From the IMG/VR virus record IMGVR_UViG_3300020153_000001, positions 32,001 to 96,000 of that record: a stretch of 64,000 bases of DNA; one strand, given 5' to 3'. The notes beneath the pieces are model-generated. The model searched no databases. It saw nothing but the letters and a program-made list of their open reading frames with translations, and had not been told where the DNA came from. How positions within the stretch are numbered: position 1 is the stretch's first letter; the number at the start of each line of letters is the position of its first letter. A program made the translations under genes and the position numbers. The stretch comes from a virus. Below, in pieces: positions 9,315-19,706 of this stretch.

Positions 9315-11555
9315 TTATCCTAACTCTCTAGCCGAACCAAATTCGCCAGTACCTTCATCGATATGCCGTGTCGTTGCAGTCTGCTGCTGCTCTTTTAGCA
9401 TTACGGCTAGCTTGCCTAATTGTTTGAATTGAGCAGAAAGCATATTCTTAATTCGTTCGACGTCGTATTGTCCGTAACGCTTCTCGAAATCGTCGCTATG
9501 CCAATAGAACGTAAATAGAATACGACCTAGCGCGTCGACGGCCTGTAATACGTCAGGTAAGTGCTTGTCTATGATTTCTCTGTCGTCTGCGATAGATAGA
9601 AGCGAAGACAAAGTAGTTGTGTCGAATACTTCTTTTTGGCCCGTTTGGGCTGCTTCTTGTACAGCCCTTACAAGTTCTGGATTTAACGGCTCATTAGCCC
9701 GACGTCGAACGGGCATAATCCCTTTCACGGAAGATACTGTCATCAGGTATCTTAGACCTGGCTTTGTAGGCACTTGGCTCCCAAAGAGCATATCAGGAAC
9801 GGTAGGGGGTTCTATCATTCCGGGGGCTGGTGTTAGCCTTGGATCAAGTGATATCTGCTCGGCTTGTTTCTCGATAATCCATCTCGTTCCTTGCCGCGTC
9901 GACTTATTTAGAACATCTTCTGCAGACTTTTCGCTAAGCCCATACACAATGAGCAGATCGCTTATTGCTTGCTTACGATCTTTATCTTCGCCGTTTATCG
10001 CGTAATGATCTTTGTTGAACTTGATAACAACGAGCTCGTCGAAATCTCCTTTTGCCACCCTCTTTTGGAGTATATCCGGTCTGCCAGTAAAGTTTAGTTT
10101 CTTGACCTTCTTGTAAGTTATTGGAACAGCTCTCGCGTCTGGCGGTACGAATATGCTATGAGCGCCGAACACAATATTACCGGTCGGCGTTTCTTTGATC
10201 TCAACAGGTTTGTCTTCCGCGCTGGCTCGCAAACCGATACTATGGCCGTCTCGTCCAGCATGTCCAGATACAACAACACGGATAACACTATTTTCTTTAT
10301 CTATAATAATGAATTCTTCATCGCCGAACGTCTTGTTAGTTATCTCTCGAATTATCCCTCTAGGCGTAATGCTGCGTTTTTCCAAGGCTTTATGGAACTT
10401 TTCATCTGGCTCTTTGCTATCGACCTGTACGAGTAGATCGTGCGGATGATAAACATATTTTTCGTCTTTATCGCCGAGAAATTCGACGTATATCCTGGTC
10501 GGTAGATCGCTATAGTACTTATTGGGATACGGTTCGGCAAAATCTACGGATCGAGATGTCGAGCAAAGCCGAGGCGGTACTCTGAACGGTATAACAAGCG
10601 CTCGATGGAACTTGCCATCTTCCCCGCACAGTACTTTGTATATGCCGGGCTCGCTCACGCCGGACTGAATCTGCTCTCGTAGCGTTATCTCAACGTCATC
10701 CGCCTTGGCATATTTCGAGAATGCTTTACGCTTGTCTATTATAAAATAGCCATTCTTTTTAAGCTTAATTTTATCTTCGACAGACAGCCTAGGATCATTA
10801 ATGTCATCTGTCGTTAGTACTTCAACTGCGGCAGTCTTTACTTGCTGACGTTTCGTAGGCTGATATAGTATCGATTGGCCGGCTTTGACAGACCCTTTGG
10901 CTATCTTTAGAAGCCTGTCCACGCCGAAACTCTTATATAGCTTAATAGCGGGCCAGGCCTCGCTAAGCTTTATAAATGCAGCAGCTATTTTTGGACTATT
11001 AGCAATAGCTCGCTCTAGGTTAACGCCTTTCAGTCTTGGCGGATTGTACCTAGCATACGCAATATCTGGCAAATAATTCGTTAACCAATCGGCACTAGCT
11101 GCCTTGGTCGGCAGAAAACGCAGAAAGTCCATGGTGGGCTGAATCGGCCGGATATTCTCCGACACAAGCGTGCCGAGCGGCATATGATGATGCATCATAA
11201 GATGGTCAATCCACTCCGGTATCTTCGGCACGAATATATTACCCTCTGCCAACCACAACAGCTCGTTGCCGACTAGCTCGCCTTTATTGAAAAAGAACGG
11301 CGCAAGAGCAAGCTTACCGCCGATATCAAGCCCCATTACACCAATGGCTTTTCTTTCGTCTTCGCTTTTCTCGATAACCTGGAACCCCAGCATCCGCTCT
11401 GACAGCTGAGGGAACTGATCTATCATCACGGCCATGACGAGATTCGAGAACGCCTTCTCAAACTCTGTCGAACTAGAAGTATCGTCGGCCTTTTTGATGC
11501 CGCGAAGACTGGCAAGTTTGCTTAAAACGGCCTTGCTGGCGAGATAGTTTTGCAT
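9315..11555 (-). CDS. Large hypothetical, probable virion protein
   Basis: 746 aa open frame with several K-x-A motifs; no family recognised. Confidence 0.65.
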   Translation of the reverse strand: MQNYLASKAVLSKLASLRGIKKADDTSSSTEFEKAFSNLVMAVMIDQFPQLSERMLGFQVIEKSEDERKAIGVMGLDIGGKLALAPFFFNKGELVGNELLWLAEGNIFVPKIPEWIDHLMMHHHMPLGTLVSENIRPIQPTMDFLRFLPTKAASADWLTNYLPDIAYARYNPPRLKGVNLERAIANSPKIAAAFIKLSEAWPAIKLYKSFGVDRLLKIAKGSVKAGQSILYQPTKRQQVKTAAVEVLTTDDINDPRLSVEDKIKLKKNGYFIIDKRKAFSKYAKADDVEITLREQIQSGVSEPGIYKVLCGEDGKFHRALVIPFRVPPRLCSTSRSVDFAEPYPNKYYSDLPTRIYVEFLGDKDEKYVYHPHDLLVQVDSKEPDEKFHKALEKRSITPRGIIREITNKTFGDEEFIIIDKENSVIRVVVSGHAGRDGHSIGLRASAEDKPVEIKETPTGNIVFGAHSIFVPPDARAVPITYKKVKKLNFTGRPDILQKRVAKGDFDELVVIKFNKDHYAINGEDKDRKQAISDLLIVYGLSEKSAEDVLNKSTRQGTRWIIEKQAEQISLDPRLTPAPGMIEPPTVPDMLFGSQVPTKPGLRYLMTVSSVKGIMPVRRRANEPLNPELVRAVQEAAQTGQKEVFDTTTLSSLLSIADDREIIDKHLPDVLQAVDALGRILFTFYWHSDDFEKRYGQYDVERIKNMLSAQFKQLGKLAVMLKEQQQTATTRHIDEGTGEFGSARELG

Positions 11556-11575
11556 AACTAGGCTCCGTTTCGCCG

Positions 11576-12061
11576 TTATCGTCGAAAGACCGCTGATAAA
11601 ATACTAGCGACCGCGTAAAGTATGGATCCTAGAACGCCTAGTATGATTATGCCACTGGTAACAATCACATTAACGACGACGTTTACCACAACTCCACCTG
11701 CTTTGGCTGTGCGGCGGCTTCTTCCCTTCTTTCTAAAACTAAATATCGACAGCAAAAAATCTTTCACGCTGACTGCTGCATTATATAGAGCTAATAATGC
11801 AGACCTTAACGCATTCACTACAGAAAGACAGACCGCGCACAATAACGACTGAACGGCAAGAAATATGTCGTACAGGTGTAAGCTATCAATAGGCACTTCT
11901 GCTGGCGAATATCTGAGTTTGAACGTCGTGCTTCTACGCTCCTTGCCAAATATTTTGGCGAAAAGATTGTACACAGCGGTAAGAAGATATCCCGCCATAA
12001 CGCTCATAATTTCCACAAACGTCATAAGTTGCCTTTTAACCCTTTCCCAAGTTTCGTTCAT
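11576..12061 (-). CDS. Hypothetical membrane protein
   Basis: Several hydrophobic segments. Confidence 0.55.
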   Translation of the reverse strand: MNETWERVKRQLMTFVEIMSVMAGYLLTAVYNLFAKIFGKERRSTTFKLRYSPAEVPIDSLHLYDIFLAVQSLLCAVCLSVVNALRSALLALYNAAVSVKDFLLSIFSFRKKGRSRRTAKAGGVVVNVVVNVIVTSGIIILGVLGSILYAVASILSAVFRR

Positions 12062-12290
12062 TGTTTCTTTGCTCCTTTCGCTTATTTATGATATACTGCA
12101 GACACAGCCTGGCAAAATAATACGTCCTCCAGTTGCTTAGCTCGCCGGATTGATAAAAGTCGTTAACATCCTTGAGCAGCTCTTTAATCTGATCGTCGTC
12201 GAGACGCGAGAAGCGCTCGATCCCTTCAGGCTCAACAGCCCTGTCGTGGATGATCTTACCAAGCCTTGCTAGCTCTTCTATGTAATCCAT
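12036..12290 (-). CDS. Hypothetical protein
   Basis: 84 aa, tiles the operon. Confidence 0.5.
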   Translation of the reverse strand: MDYIEELARLGKIIHDRAVEPEGIERFSRLDDDQIKELLKDVNDFYQSGELSNWRTYYFARLCLQYIINKRKEQRNNERNLGKG

Positions 12291-12355
12291 TCTTAAGATA
12301 TAGCACTGAAGATACGACGTTGGATGTTAGTTCCCGGACCGCTGCCGAAACACAT

Positions 12356-13213
12356 TTAAGCTACTTCCTCTTCAGACGATTCTTCAGGTTCCTCATCGAT
12401 CCGACGCCAGGGCGAATGCCAGATCAGAGGTGATCTCTTTCTACTTTTACGCCGTTCGCCCCACATAACATCAGCCGCAACGTCCGTCATCGTACCCATA
12501 AGTTCGTCCATATTTCTGGCAGTACCTCTAATGGGTTCCTGCCCCGGCGCACGGACCATATAGTTAAATCCACCGTCCGGATTTTGTGTAAATATATACG
12601 AAAACGGCTGGCCGGCGGGCGGCGGACCAAATGCATGGGGATAGTTGTACAAAAAGGTTATTGGACTAAGCACATACCACAGCCACGACCAGAAGCTCCA
12701 AGGATTGACGGGGGGATACCAACCTGGGTACCAACCTGGGTACCACCCCGGATACCAACCTGGGTACCACCCTGGATATACCTGCCCGGCGTATCCCCTC
12801 TGACTTTTCCTAGGCCTTCTACCTGGCGCACCGCCTTGTCTAGGCGGAGGAGTTGTACCGCCGCCTGGCGGAGGAGTTGTACCGCCGCCTGGTGGAGGAG
12901 TTGTACCACCGCCTGGTGGAGGAGTTGTACCGCCGCCTGGTGGAGGAGTTGTACCGCCGCCTGGTGGAGGAGTTGTACCGCCGCCTGGTGGAGGGGTCAT
13001 ACCAGCGCCCGGCGGAGGGGTAGGTCTAGCGCCCGGCGAGGCCATATAGTCCGGGCCTCCAAGTCGCTCTGAAAGGACTCGAGCCGCATGTGGCGACGCG
13101 CCGTATCCAATAAGTGTCTCATCGCTTACGTCGCCGATTTCGGCTAGCCTAGCAAGATCGTCTAACGGCGATTCGGCCGAAAGTTTTTCTAGTTTCTTAA
13201 TCAGTCGGTTCAT
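12356..13213 (-). CDS. Pro/Gly-rich repeat protein
   Basis: (GGGTTPPP)x6, (WYPG)x5, acidic tail. Confidence 0.65.
   Translation of the reverse strand: MNRLIKKLEKLSAESPLDDLARLAEIGDVSDETLIGYGASPHAARVLSERLGGPDYMASPGARPTPPPGAGMTPPPGGGTTPPPGGGTTPPPGGGTTPPPGGGTTPPPGGGTTPPPGGGTTPPPRQGGAPGRRPRKSQRGYAGQVYPGWYPGWYPGWYPGWYPGWYPPVNPWSFWSWLWYVLSPITFLYNYPHAFGPPPAGQPFSYIFTQNPDGGFNYMVRAPGQEPIRGTARNMDELMGTMTDVAADVMWGERRKSRKRSPLIWHSPWRRIDEEPEESSEEEVA
12716..12780 (-). repeat. Coding 12-bp repeat (WYPG)
   Basis: Five WYP(G) units with synonymous variation. Confidence 0.85.
12843..13034 (-). repeat. Coding 24-bp tandem repeat
   Basis: ggYggaggagttgtaccRccgcct x6 (12843-12986) plus 2 degenerate units. Confidence 0.95.
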
Positions 13214-13520
13214 CGTCGTCTCCCTTTTTATCTATCTCTATGCGAACGCCGTCTTTTGTTATCTCGGATATAAACTCGGCCATACTAGGCCCATGATATA
13301 CTAAGCGGTCATTTTCTATATTAACTTGTATAGAATTTTGGCTGTTTCGCTTTATCCCTCCTATAATATCCATTATAAATGAATCCGGTTTAGAATCTGA
13401 TACGCATTTCGATACAAAGACTACTCCCGACGCGATTTCAAAGGCCATTAATGGCTCGGACTCGTCTTTCCATATAACAACCAAAAACTCGTCATTAGTA
13501 GATGAGATCGTTATAAACAT
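13197..13520 (-). CDS. Hypothetical protein
   Basis: 107 aa, tiles the operon. Confidence 0.5.
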   Translation of the reverse strand: MFITISSTNDEFLVVIWKDESEPLMAFEIASGVVFVSKCVSDSKPDSFIMDIIGGIKRNSQNSIQVNIENDRLVYHGPSMAEFISEITKDGVRIEIDKKGDDDEPTD

Positions 13521-13540
13521 TGTCCTGTCCTATCGTGCTT

Positions 13541-16500
13541 TTAAGCGATAAGGTCAGTCTCTATACCAGCTAATGGTACGCTAGCCGTTCCAAAGGAATC
13601 ATTTCGTTTACCAGACTGGGCTATATTCTGACCTGGTGGGTTAACCTGAGGTGCTGTTCGAGTTGGAGGAACTCCCGACGATCTAGACGAGAGAGTACGC
13701 ACAAGAGGAGGAACTTCCTGAGTTGCAACTAGCGGCGGCTGGCTGCCGCCCGCAGAATATATAGACCGACGACCGGGAGCCGGCAACGATTGAACATTTT
13801 CGTCGAACGGAGCTGGAGGCTTATGGCCTTCAGATAATCGTTTTAGGGAAGAATACATTTGGTAGTAGCCTTCGCTTAACTTACCAGGAATATTCCGAAC
13901 ATCGCCGCTTAAGATTGCCCCAGCGACTCGGTGAATATAATCCATATTTCCTCCCGTACCGGACGCGAGCAACGCATAAACTACATCGCGGTATTCGATC
14001 TTACCGAGTTGATAGTCTCTCACAATCTTACTCACCACGTCTACAAACTCTGGTGTAAATCTACCCCTACCTACAGTGGCAAACTGCTTCCTAATTATAT
14101 ACGCGGAATAGTTCGCCAAGTCCTGCCGGGTAGGATTTTCTGGCAGCAAATACACGGGCGGACCATAGTCCGGTTGTGTCGTATCTGACTGAGACGCCGG
14201 CGGTCGGGTCGGACGCGTTTGTGCTACCGTAAATTCATCGTCCAATGACTCCCTTTGCCCGCGAAGAAACTCTCTTACACGCCGCCTTTCAGCTATTCCA
14301 GGATCTATAGGCACTCTATTTTCTCCAGCATATTGGCGATCACGCGACCTATCCCTGAACGGTAATGGTGTTCTTTTCTGTCTTTCTTCCCAGGCCTTTC
14401 TCCACCAGTCGTGTTCGTGGCCGAAGTTGCCGCCCGGGAATAATTCATCAACGTCTTTAGAAGCTCCCGGATACGCCGCGGATCTGCCGTGTAACATGAT
14501 GTCGTAGTCATCAAGAACTTTAGTACCACGGTTGGTGATCTGGTTATATGCTTCCTTGATCTTGTCCCATTCTTCCGGAGAGTAAATACTCTTTAGCTGA
14601 GCTACTAAATTTTCAACTGATGCCCTACCCTTTGGACCATGTCTAGCCTCGTGCCCTAGAGAACTTTGAATTTGCAACAGCCTTATCAGACCTATCGCAT
14701 TTCTGACGGAATGGCCGTCGACGTACTGATTACCGTTTTCGTCCTGTTTAGCAAAATGCCGGCTCGCAATACCTATAACGTCTGCTTTATCCCAAAACGT
14801 GTCATAGCCTAACCTGCGCCAGTTGTAGCTATCGCTCCACTGGTCCGCGATTTTTAGCGCGTCCTCAGAAACCTTTCCATACACAGTATCAATAACTCTG
14901 GTGTAGTCTTTATAATCCCGGTTCTTCATTACTTGGTTGTAATAGCTAGTCGCTTCCTTGTGTTTTTGCGCCGATTCCTCCAGCCTCTCATCTATGGTTT
15001 TTTGTACGGTCACTACTCTACCGTCCGGGAACACGGCAAACGTTCGACCGGTCTTTTCATCTTTGTATACGCCAGGCGATAAGCCCTTAGGCGGCGGCTG
15101 CTGCAAGACCTTGATGTGTGGTGGTATATTTTGTGCCGGTTCCCTTGCAGCTTGTTGTTGTTGCTGTTGTTGGTCAGCCTCCGGTTGTTGGTCAGCCTCC
15201 GGTCGCCGGTCAGTACGTCTAGTACGAGCCTCCTGCACTCCATCTTGCGTAAATCCTGGGGCTATGCTTAGGTTTGGCGCACGTTTAGACAGTTTACTAG
15301 CGTCAGCCTTGTCGACATATTGGTTTACGTGCGGCCTTGCCAGCAGCTGTCCAACAAGCACGTGACCTAGCGACGCTTTTTGGTCTTTCGGCAGAGACTG
15401 AAGTAGTGCTAAGTATGGCTCCAATGTATATAAAAGCTTACCATATTCGTCCTGCGGAAGCACATCGCTAAGTTCTTCCATCGAAATTCTGAGCTCATCG
15501 GCCAGCTTTCCAACGGTCATGTTGAGATCGACGGGCTGCTTCTCATTTATTAATTCGGCAAGTTTCAATATACCATCATATCGATCAAGCCCCCTTAAGA
15601 AGTTGATGATATCTATAATCGCCTTGAATGGAACTTTATCGTCGACGCTTTCAACATATTTCTGTTTTATAAAATGCGACACCATAAAATTAATCGCATC
15701 ATCGGGCACGTTGGCCGCTTTTGCTTTAGCGATTAACTCTCGCAGCGTTATTTCCGGCAGGTTTAACTCTATCCACGCGTCATTCACCGATTCTTGTGCT
15801 TGTTTCGTAAACGGAAGCAGCGCTGTCGCGATAGACGCAAGCTTACTATTGAGTCTGCGTAGATAAGTTTGCCTCACGTTATCCGAGAATTCTCCTCCGA
15901 AAATAACCTTGCAGGCTTCGTCTAACCGGCCTTGCTTGGCAGCGCCTTTAAGGTATGATCTTAAAAAATAGTACCACGTGCCAGAATCGACCTGTCTTGA
16001 CTCCTTTATTTGCTTAGCGAAAAAGTTCGCGGCTGTCGCTTCTGGCGAAGGAAGCGGAGTAGTACTGAGCTTTCTATATATCTCGTTAAAACGAGAATAT
16101 GGCGGCGGCTGGATGCCGAGTCTGCTTGCTAGTTGTTCTCCAATCTTGTCGGCAAGCGGTTGTAGTTGTGGATGGTGTGGATAGTATCGAGAAACTATCC
16201 CAAGGAACTTATCAACAAACTCTGGGGGCAGATTGTTGCCACTATATATCTCTGGATGTTTTCGGATAAGATCGCGAGCCTGCGCTACGAAATCCTCAGG
16301 AAACGCGCCCGGATTTATCCCTGATACTCGCAGCAGCGCTGCGGCGGCGGTTCTCTGAAAAAAGCTGCTTTCGGGGTTAAAGTAGTCCAAAATCGGCTTG
16401 ATCTCGTCTCTTTTAACAGGCGGAACTATAATCTTGTAGTACTTATGAATGTCGCCAGCGTCCGTCGATTCTTTAATAAGTGGTCGCGGGCAGTTAGATA

Positions 16501-16543
16501 AGTTATTGATAGCGTTATTGAGTCTGTTGACATATGCGGACAT
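13541..16543 (-). CDS. 1000-aa hypothetical, probable internal virion protein
   Basis: Long ORF with poly-Q/Pro linkers; SD supplied by palindrome copy 3. Confidence 0.65.
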   Translation of the reverse strand: MSAYVNRLNNAINNLSNCPRPLIKESTDAGDIHKYYKIIVPPVKRDEIKPILDYFNPESSFFQRTAAAALLRVSGINPGAFPEDFVAQARDLIRKHPEIYSGNNLPPEFVDKFLGIVSRYYPHHPQLQPLADKIGEQLASRLGIQPPPYSRFNEIYRKLSTTPLPSPEATAANFFAKQIKESRQVDSGTWYYFLRSYLKGAAKQGRLDEACKVIFGGEFSDNVRQTYLRRLNSKLASIATALLPFTKQAQESVNDAWIELNLPEITLRELIAKAKAANVPDDAINFMVSHFIKQKYVESVDDKVPFKAIIDIINFLRGLDRYDGILKLAELINEKQPVDLNMTVGKLADELRISMEELSDVLPQDEYGKLLYTLEPYLALLQSLPKDQKASLGHVLVGQLLARPHVNQYVDKADASKLSKRAPNLSIAPGFTQDGVQEARTRRTDRRPEADQQPEADQQQQQQQAAREPAQNIPPHIKVLQQPPPKGLSPGVYKDEKTGRTFAVFPDGRVVTVQKTIDERLEESAQKHKEATSYYNQVMKNRDYKDYTRVIDTVYGKVSEDALKIADQWSDSYNWRRLGYDTFWDKADVIGIASRHFAKQDENGNQYVDGHSVRNAIGLIRLLQIQSSLGHEARHGPKGRASVENLVAQLKSIYSPEEWDKIKEAYNQITNRGTKVLDDYDIMLHGRSAAYPGASKDVDELFPGGNFGHEHDWWRKAWEERQKRTPLPFRDRSRDRQYAGENRVPIDPGIAERRRVREFLRGQRESLDDEFTVAQTRPTRPPASQSDTTQPDYGPPVYLLPENPTRQDLANYSAYIIRKQFATVGRGRFTPEFVDVVSKIVRDYQLGKIEYRDVVYALLASGTGGNMDYIHRVAGAILSGDVRNIPGKLSEGYYQMYSSLKRLSEGHKPPAPFDENVQSLPAPGRRSIYSAGGSQPPLVATQEVPPLVRTLSSRSSGVPPTRTAPQVNPPGQNIAQSGKRNDSFGTASVPLAGIETDLIA

Positions 16544-16544
16544 T

Positions 16545-16564
16545 TTTTGACTCCGGAGTCAAAA
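16545..16564. repeat. 20-bp palindrome, copy 3
   Basis: Exact; supplies both the TGA stop of the beta'-C gene and the SD of the next gene. Confidence 0.98.
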
Positions 16565-18412
16565 TTGCCTGGCCTGTTCGACAACACCCTTAGCCCATTG
16601 CTGAAGGGGTATACCTATTGCTTTAGCAGGAACAAAGCTTGTGCCGTAAATATCAGCCATAGAACCCTGTCTTACCGCCGATAGCAGCGCGCGTACCTGG
16701 TTCGAGCCAAACAGTCTGGTCATCCAGTTAGGATCAAATTCAAGCGTAGAAGCCGCACGGACCATGTATGGTTCAAACGGCGGCGGCTCGCTATGAACAA
16801 CGATGTCTTTTATACCAGCTTCCCTTAGCTCTTTAACGACAGACTGTTTGATCTTCGTACCTATGGTATAGTGCAACACGGGAACCTCTAAGTAATAGCC
16901 TATAGCGCTATCGACGGGCACCCTCATACTACCACGACGGGGCTTCCATCGCTTTACTATTTCGCCATACGGCACAATTTCGTCTAAATAAAACCCCCCA
17001 AACGGCTGGGTTATAACAACATGGTCGATAAGCCCACGTGCTAACAGCTCGACGTTTCGTCTATGTACCGGCTGACCAGCATCTCGCATGGCGTCGCAAA
17101 ACATCTTAACAAACGCGCGTCGACCTTCGCCTATTCCTTTTTGTCTCACTACCTCGGCAGGGTTAGGTAGCCCCTCCGTAATCATGTCACCGGCTTCTAC
17201 AGTATCGCCTTCTTTCACTATAGGAGGATGGCTAGGCGGCGAAAGATGCTCCACGTCGCCAACAACGATTTTCCATTGGCCGATCTCGTTTCTTGTGATG
17301 GACCGAACTTTACCATCAACCTGACTGTGTATTGCCCCGCCCACAAACGTCTTTGGGACGTTTAGCATCTGTTCGAGTACCTTAAAACCACTAAACTTCG
17401 TCACACCGCCCGTGTGCTTTGAGCTTATAGATGTTTGCGTTATTCGCTCTCCTATGGCCTGCGCCGCGGAAAGACCAGGTATGCTACCGATTTCAGGAAG
17501 TCGACCGTGTTCGCGTATACCAGCATCGACAGCATAGACGCCGTCAACTGCCGGGCTAGCAATAGGACTACGAACAACGATCTTTTTAATGCCGTCTTTC
17601 TTGAGGTCTTCGTATACCGCCGGAGTAATCTCTGTACCGGCTGGCCATCTTCCTGCAGGAAGGGCTAAGAATGCGCCGATATTGTCGGGGTCGTCTGCAT
17701 TTACCGGCAACCCTAACGGGTAAGGTAGCTTAGCCTTATGATCATGGCCTATGACAACTAATCTATGAGCCGCTCTGTTTAGAAGTTTTGAAAGATAACC
17801 GCTTCTGGCGACGCCCAGCTTAGAATCTGCTAGTCCCTTTCTTGCTCCGTAGCAAGCAGCCCAGAACTCTGCTGTCGGTACACCAGCTGAATAGCTAGAA
17901 AGGACAGGGAATGGTACAACTTCGCCAGCCCTGTCGAAATACGCCGTATCGCCCATAATAAGCCGCTTAAGCATTGCAGGATTGCCTCTGGCGCCGGAAT
18001 AGACGTGTTCATAGAATCGGTTATTCCGCGCCTTGGCCTCATCCATCGTCAATTGAAGCAGCGTTTGCGAATGGGCAAATATAGCTTCAGATATCTTTTT
18101 GCGCTTCTCGTCGTCTGGCAGATCGCTTCCCGCAATACGCTCAATATCTTTTAAGATGGCTGGACGGTAGGAATAAGAAGATGGGAGGGGCTTTAAGTCT
18201 TCAAGGGAAAAAGATGCGCCGTCGCTGGCTAGTAGCGCCTGGACCGCGAGCTGGTTAAGCCGCCTTGTAATTTGCCCGTACTTATCAGGATACTTCTTAG
18301 CAAGTTCGGCGTAGAAGCTATTTACAGACTTCTTCGTGAACTCCTCGGGCAGACTAAGGTCAGAAGGGAGAACTTCCGAGAGTAAAAGGCGGCCTACCGT
18401 AACCTGATTCAT
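16559..18412 (-). CDS. rpoC: RNA polymerase beta' subunit, C-terminal part
   Basis: TVGRLL, SGARGN, bridge helix GARKGLADSKLGVARSGYLSKLL, trigger loop AAQAIGERITQTSISSKHTGG. Confidence 0.92.
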   Translation of the reverse strand: MNQVTVGRLLLSEVLPSDLSLPEEFTKKSVNSFYAELAKKYPDKYGQITRRLNQLAVQALLASDGASFSLEDLKPLPSSYSYRPAILKDIERIAGSDLPDDEKRKKISEAIFAHSQTLLQLTMDEAKARNNRFYEHVYSGARGNPAMLKRLIMGDTAYFDRAGEVVPFPVLSSYSAGVPTAEFWAACYGARKGLADSKLGVARSGYLSKLLNRAAHRLVVIGHDHKAKLPYPLGLPVNADDPDNIGAFLALPAGRWPAGTEITPAVYEDLKKDGIKKIVVRSPIASPAVDGVYAVDAGIREHGRLPEIGSIPGLSAAQAIGERITQTSISSKHTGGVTKFSGFKVLEQMLNVPKTFVGGAIHSQVDGKVRSITRNEIGQWKIVVGDVEHLSPPSHPPIVKEGDTVEAGDMITEGLPNPAEVVRQKGIGEGRRAFVKMFCDAMRDAGQPVHRRNVELLARGLIDHVVITQPFGGFYLDEIVPYGEIVKRWKPRRGSMRVPVDSAIGYYLEVPVLHYTIGTKIKQSVVKELREAGIKDIVVHSEPPPFEPYMVRAASTLEFDPNWMTRLFGSNQVRALLSAVRQGSMADIYGTSFVPAKAIGIPLQQWAKGVVEQARQF

Positions 18413-18674
18413 GGTATCGAGCTAAGTCCTGATCCGATGGTTGTGCGGGAACAGACAACTGTGGCATAAACGGCTTGGCATCGATAACTTGCGTAGGAGC
18501 GCGTTCGGCTGGATAACCTGTCATTGACAGTACTTTTGGGAAATCAGCGCTTACGCAAGTATCGAATACAAGCACGTTTCCATTATCAAATCCTGCAGCC
18601 ACAGCGTTGCCGAATGTATCTAGTACGACAAACTTCTTACACTCTAACTCTTTATCGTCTATGATAATTTTCAT
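18360..18674 (-). CDS. Hypothetical protein
   Basis: 104 aa; overlaps the start of rpoC-C. Confidence 0.5.
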   Translation of the reverse strand: MKIIIDDKELECKKFVVLDTFGNAVAAGFDNGNVLVFDTCVSADFPKVLSMTGYPAERAPTQVIDAKPFMPQLSVPAQPSDQDLARYHESGYGRPPFTLGSSPF

Positions 18675-18721
18675 TGTGCTACACCAACTGTAAGTTTAAT
18701 TTGAAATGGCCGACGTTACGG

Positions 18722-18886
18722 CTATATCTTTGGAGCTTTAGTAGGTTTAACGTACTTTGGCATTACGGCACGCGCGGTACGCGCTGGCTGATTTGTCTTC
18801 TTCGCCTCTGATTCGGCACGACGAAGAAGATGCTTCAACGACAAAACGGGCCGTAGCGAGAAAAACTGTCTCTTTTTTCTAGCCAT
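18722..18886 (-). CDS. Small very basic protein (54 aa, below ORF-track cutoff)
   Basis: Manual translation MARKKRQFFSLRPVLSLKHLLRRAESEAKKTNQPARTARAVMPKYVKPTKAPKI fills an otherwise empty gap. Confidence 0.45.
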   Translation of the reverse strand: MARKKRQFFSLRPVLSLKHLLRRAESEAKKTNQPARTARAVMPKYVKPTKAPKI

Positions 18887-18904
18887 AGTTAAAGTCACCC
18901 TATT

Positions 18905-19678
18905 TTATGGCTGTATGCCGAATAGTGCGTGTGGTAACATCCAACCATACGTTGTTGGACTGCGCAGGATCATTTCGAGTTGTTGGTTATTAGCGGACAG
19001 CGCACTTGTAATAGCAGCCCTTGCAGTTTGCGCGTCCGCTAGCATGCGCTGCGCATCCTTACTACTCTTATTAGGTGTCGCCTGATATGCTATCCTGCTC
19101 GCTAAGTACGTGTTCAGTCTATCGTTTATCTTATTGCGGTCCGCGGGGTCGGATAGAGTCAAATGAGATAAAACCTTAACGGTCCGCGCAAACATCGCAT
19201 CGTCTAATGCGGTGTAGAATACGTTGAGCTCGTTGACGGTTTTATTCGACCGGAGTGCGCTACGAAGCAATTTCAAGTCGCCGTCTTGTATCGCTTCGTA
19301 GGTTTTCATATATAGCTCTGTCTCGTCACCATGACCTATCACATCCTTGAGCGAGCTGATGCCAGACGAGGCGGGCGGCTGCCTTGTAAGCCACGCTAGC
19401 TGACTAAACTCCTCAAGCTCTTTAAGCCCCTTAAGCTCATCAGCAGGTTCTGTCGGTTTCGAGTAGTTTAATAGAGAATATAAACCACCGCCCGCGGCAC
19501 CCAAAAGCCCGCCAAGCAAAGTCTTGCTTCTTTGGCCTGGAAACAGTAAATCAAGCAGGGCGCCTATCGCTAGACCGGCCCCACCGCCCAATAGGGCGGG
19601 CTTTGCAAATCTAGCTAACTCCTCCCAATCAAGGGCAAGCTTTGTAAAACTGTCGTTTGCAAAATCGTAGATTAGCAT
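18905..19678 (-). CDS. Glycine-zipper membrane protein
   Basis: LLGGGAGLAIGALL and LLGGLLGAAGGGLY helix pair after N-terminal FTKLA; GGAGG SD. Confidence 0.6.
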   Translation of the reverse strand: MLIYDFANDSFTKLALDWEELARFAKPALLGGGAGLAIGALLDLLFPGQRSKTLLGGLLGAAGGGLYSLLNYSKPTEPADELKGLKELEEFSQLAWLTRQPPASSGISSLKDVIGHGDETELYMKTYEAIQDGDLKLLRSALRSNKTVNELNVFYTALDDAMFARTVKVLSHLTLSDPADRNKINDRLNTYLASRIAYQATPNKSSKDAQRMLADAQTARAAITSALSANNQQLEMILRSPTTYGWMLPHALFGIQP

Positions 19679-19706
19679 ACCTTATCTGCCTCCTTATATA
19701 TGCATT

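Noticed and set aside
12843-13034. 24-bp repeats as a CRISPR array
   Set aside because: Head-to-tail with no spacers, and in frame in a Pro/Gly protein
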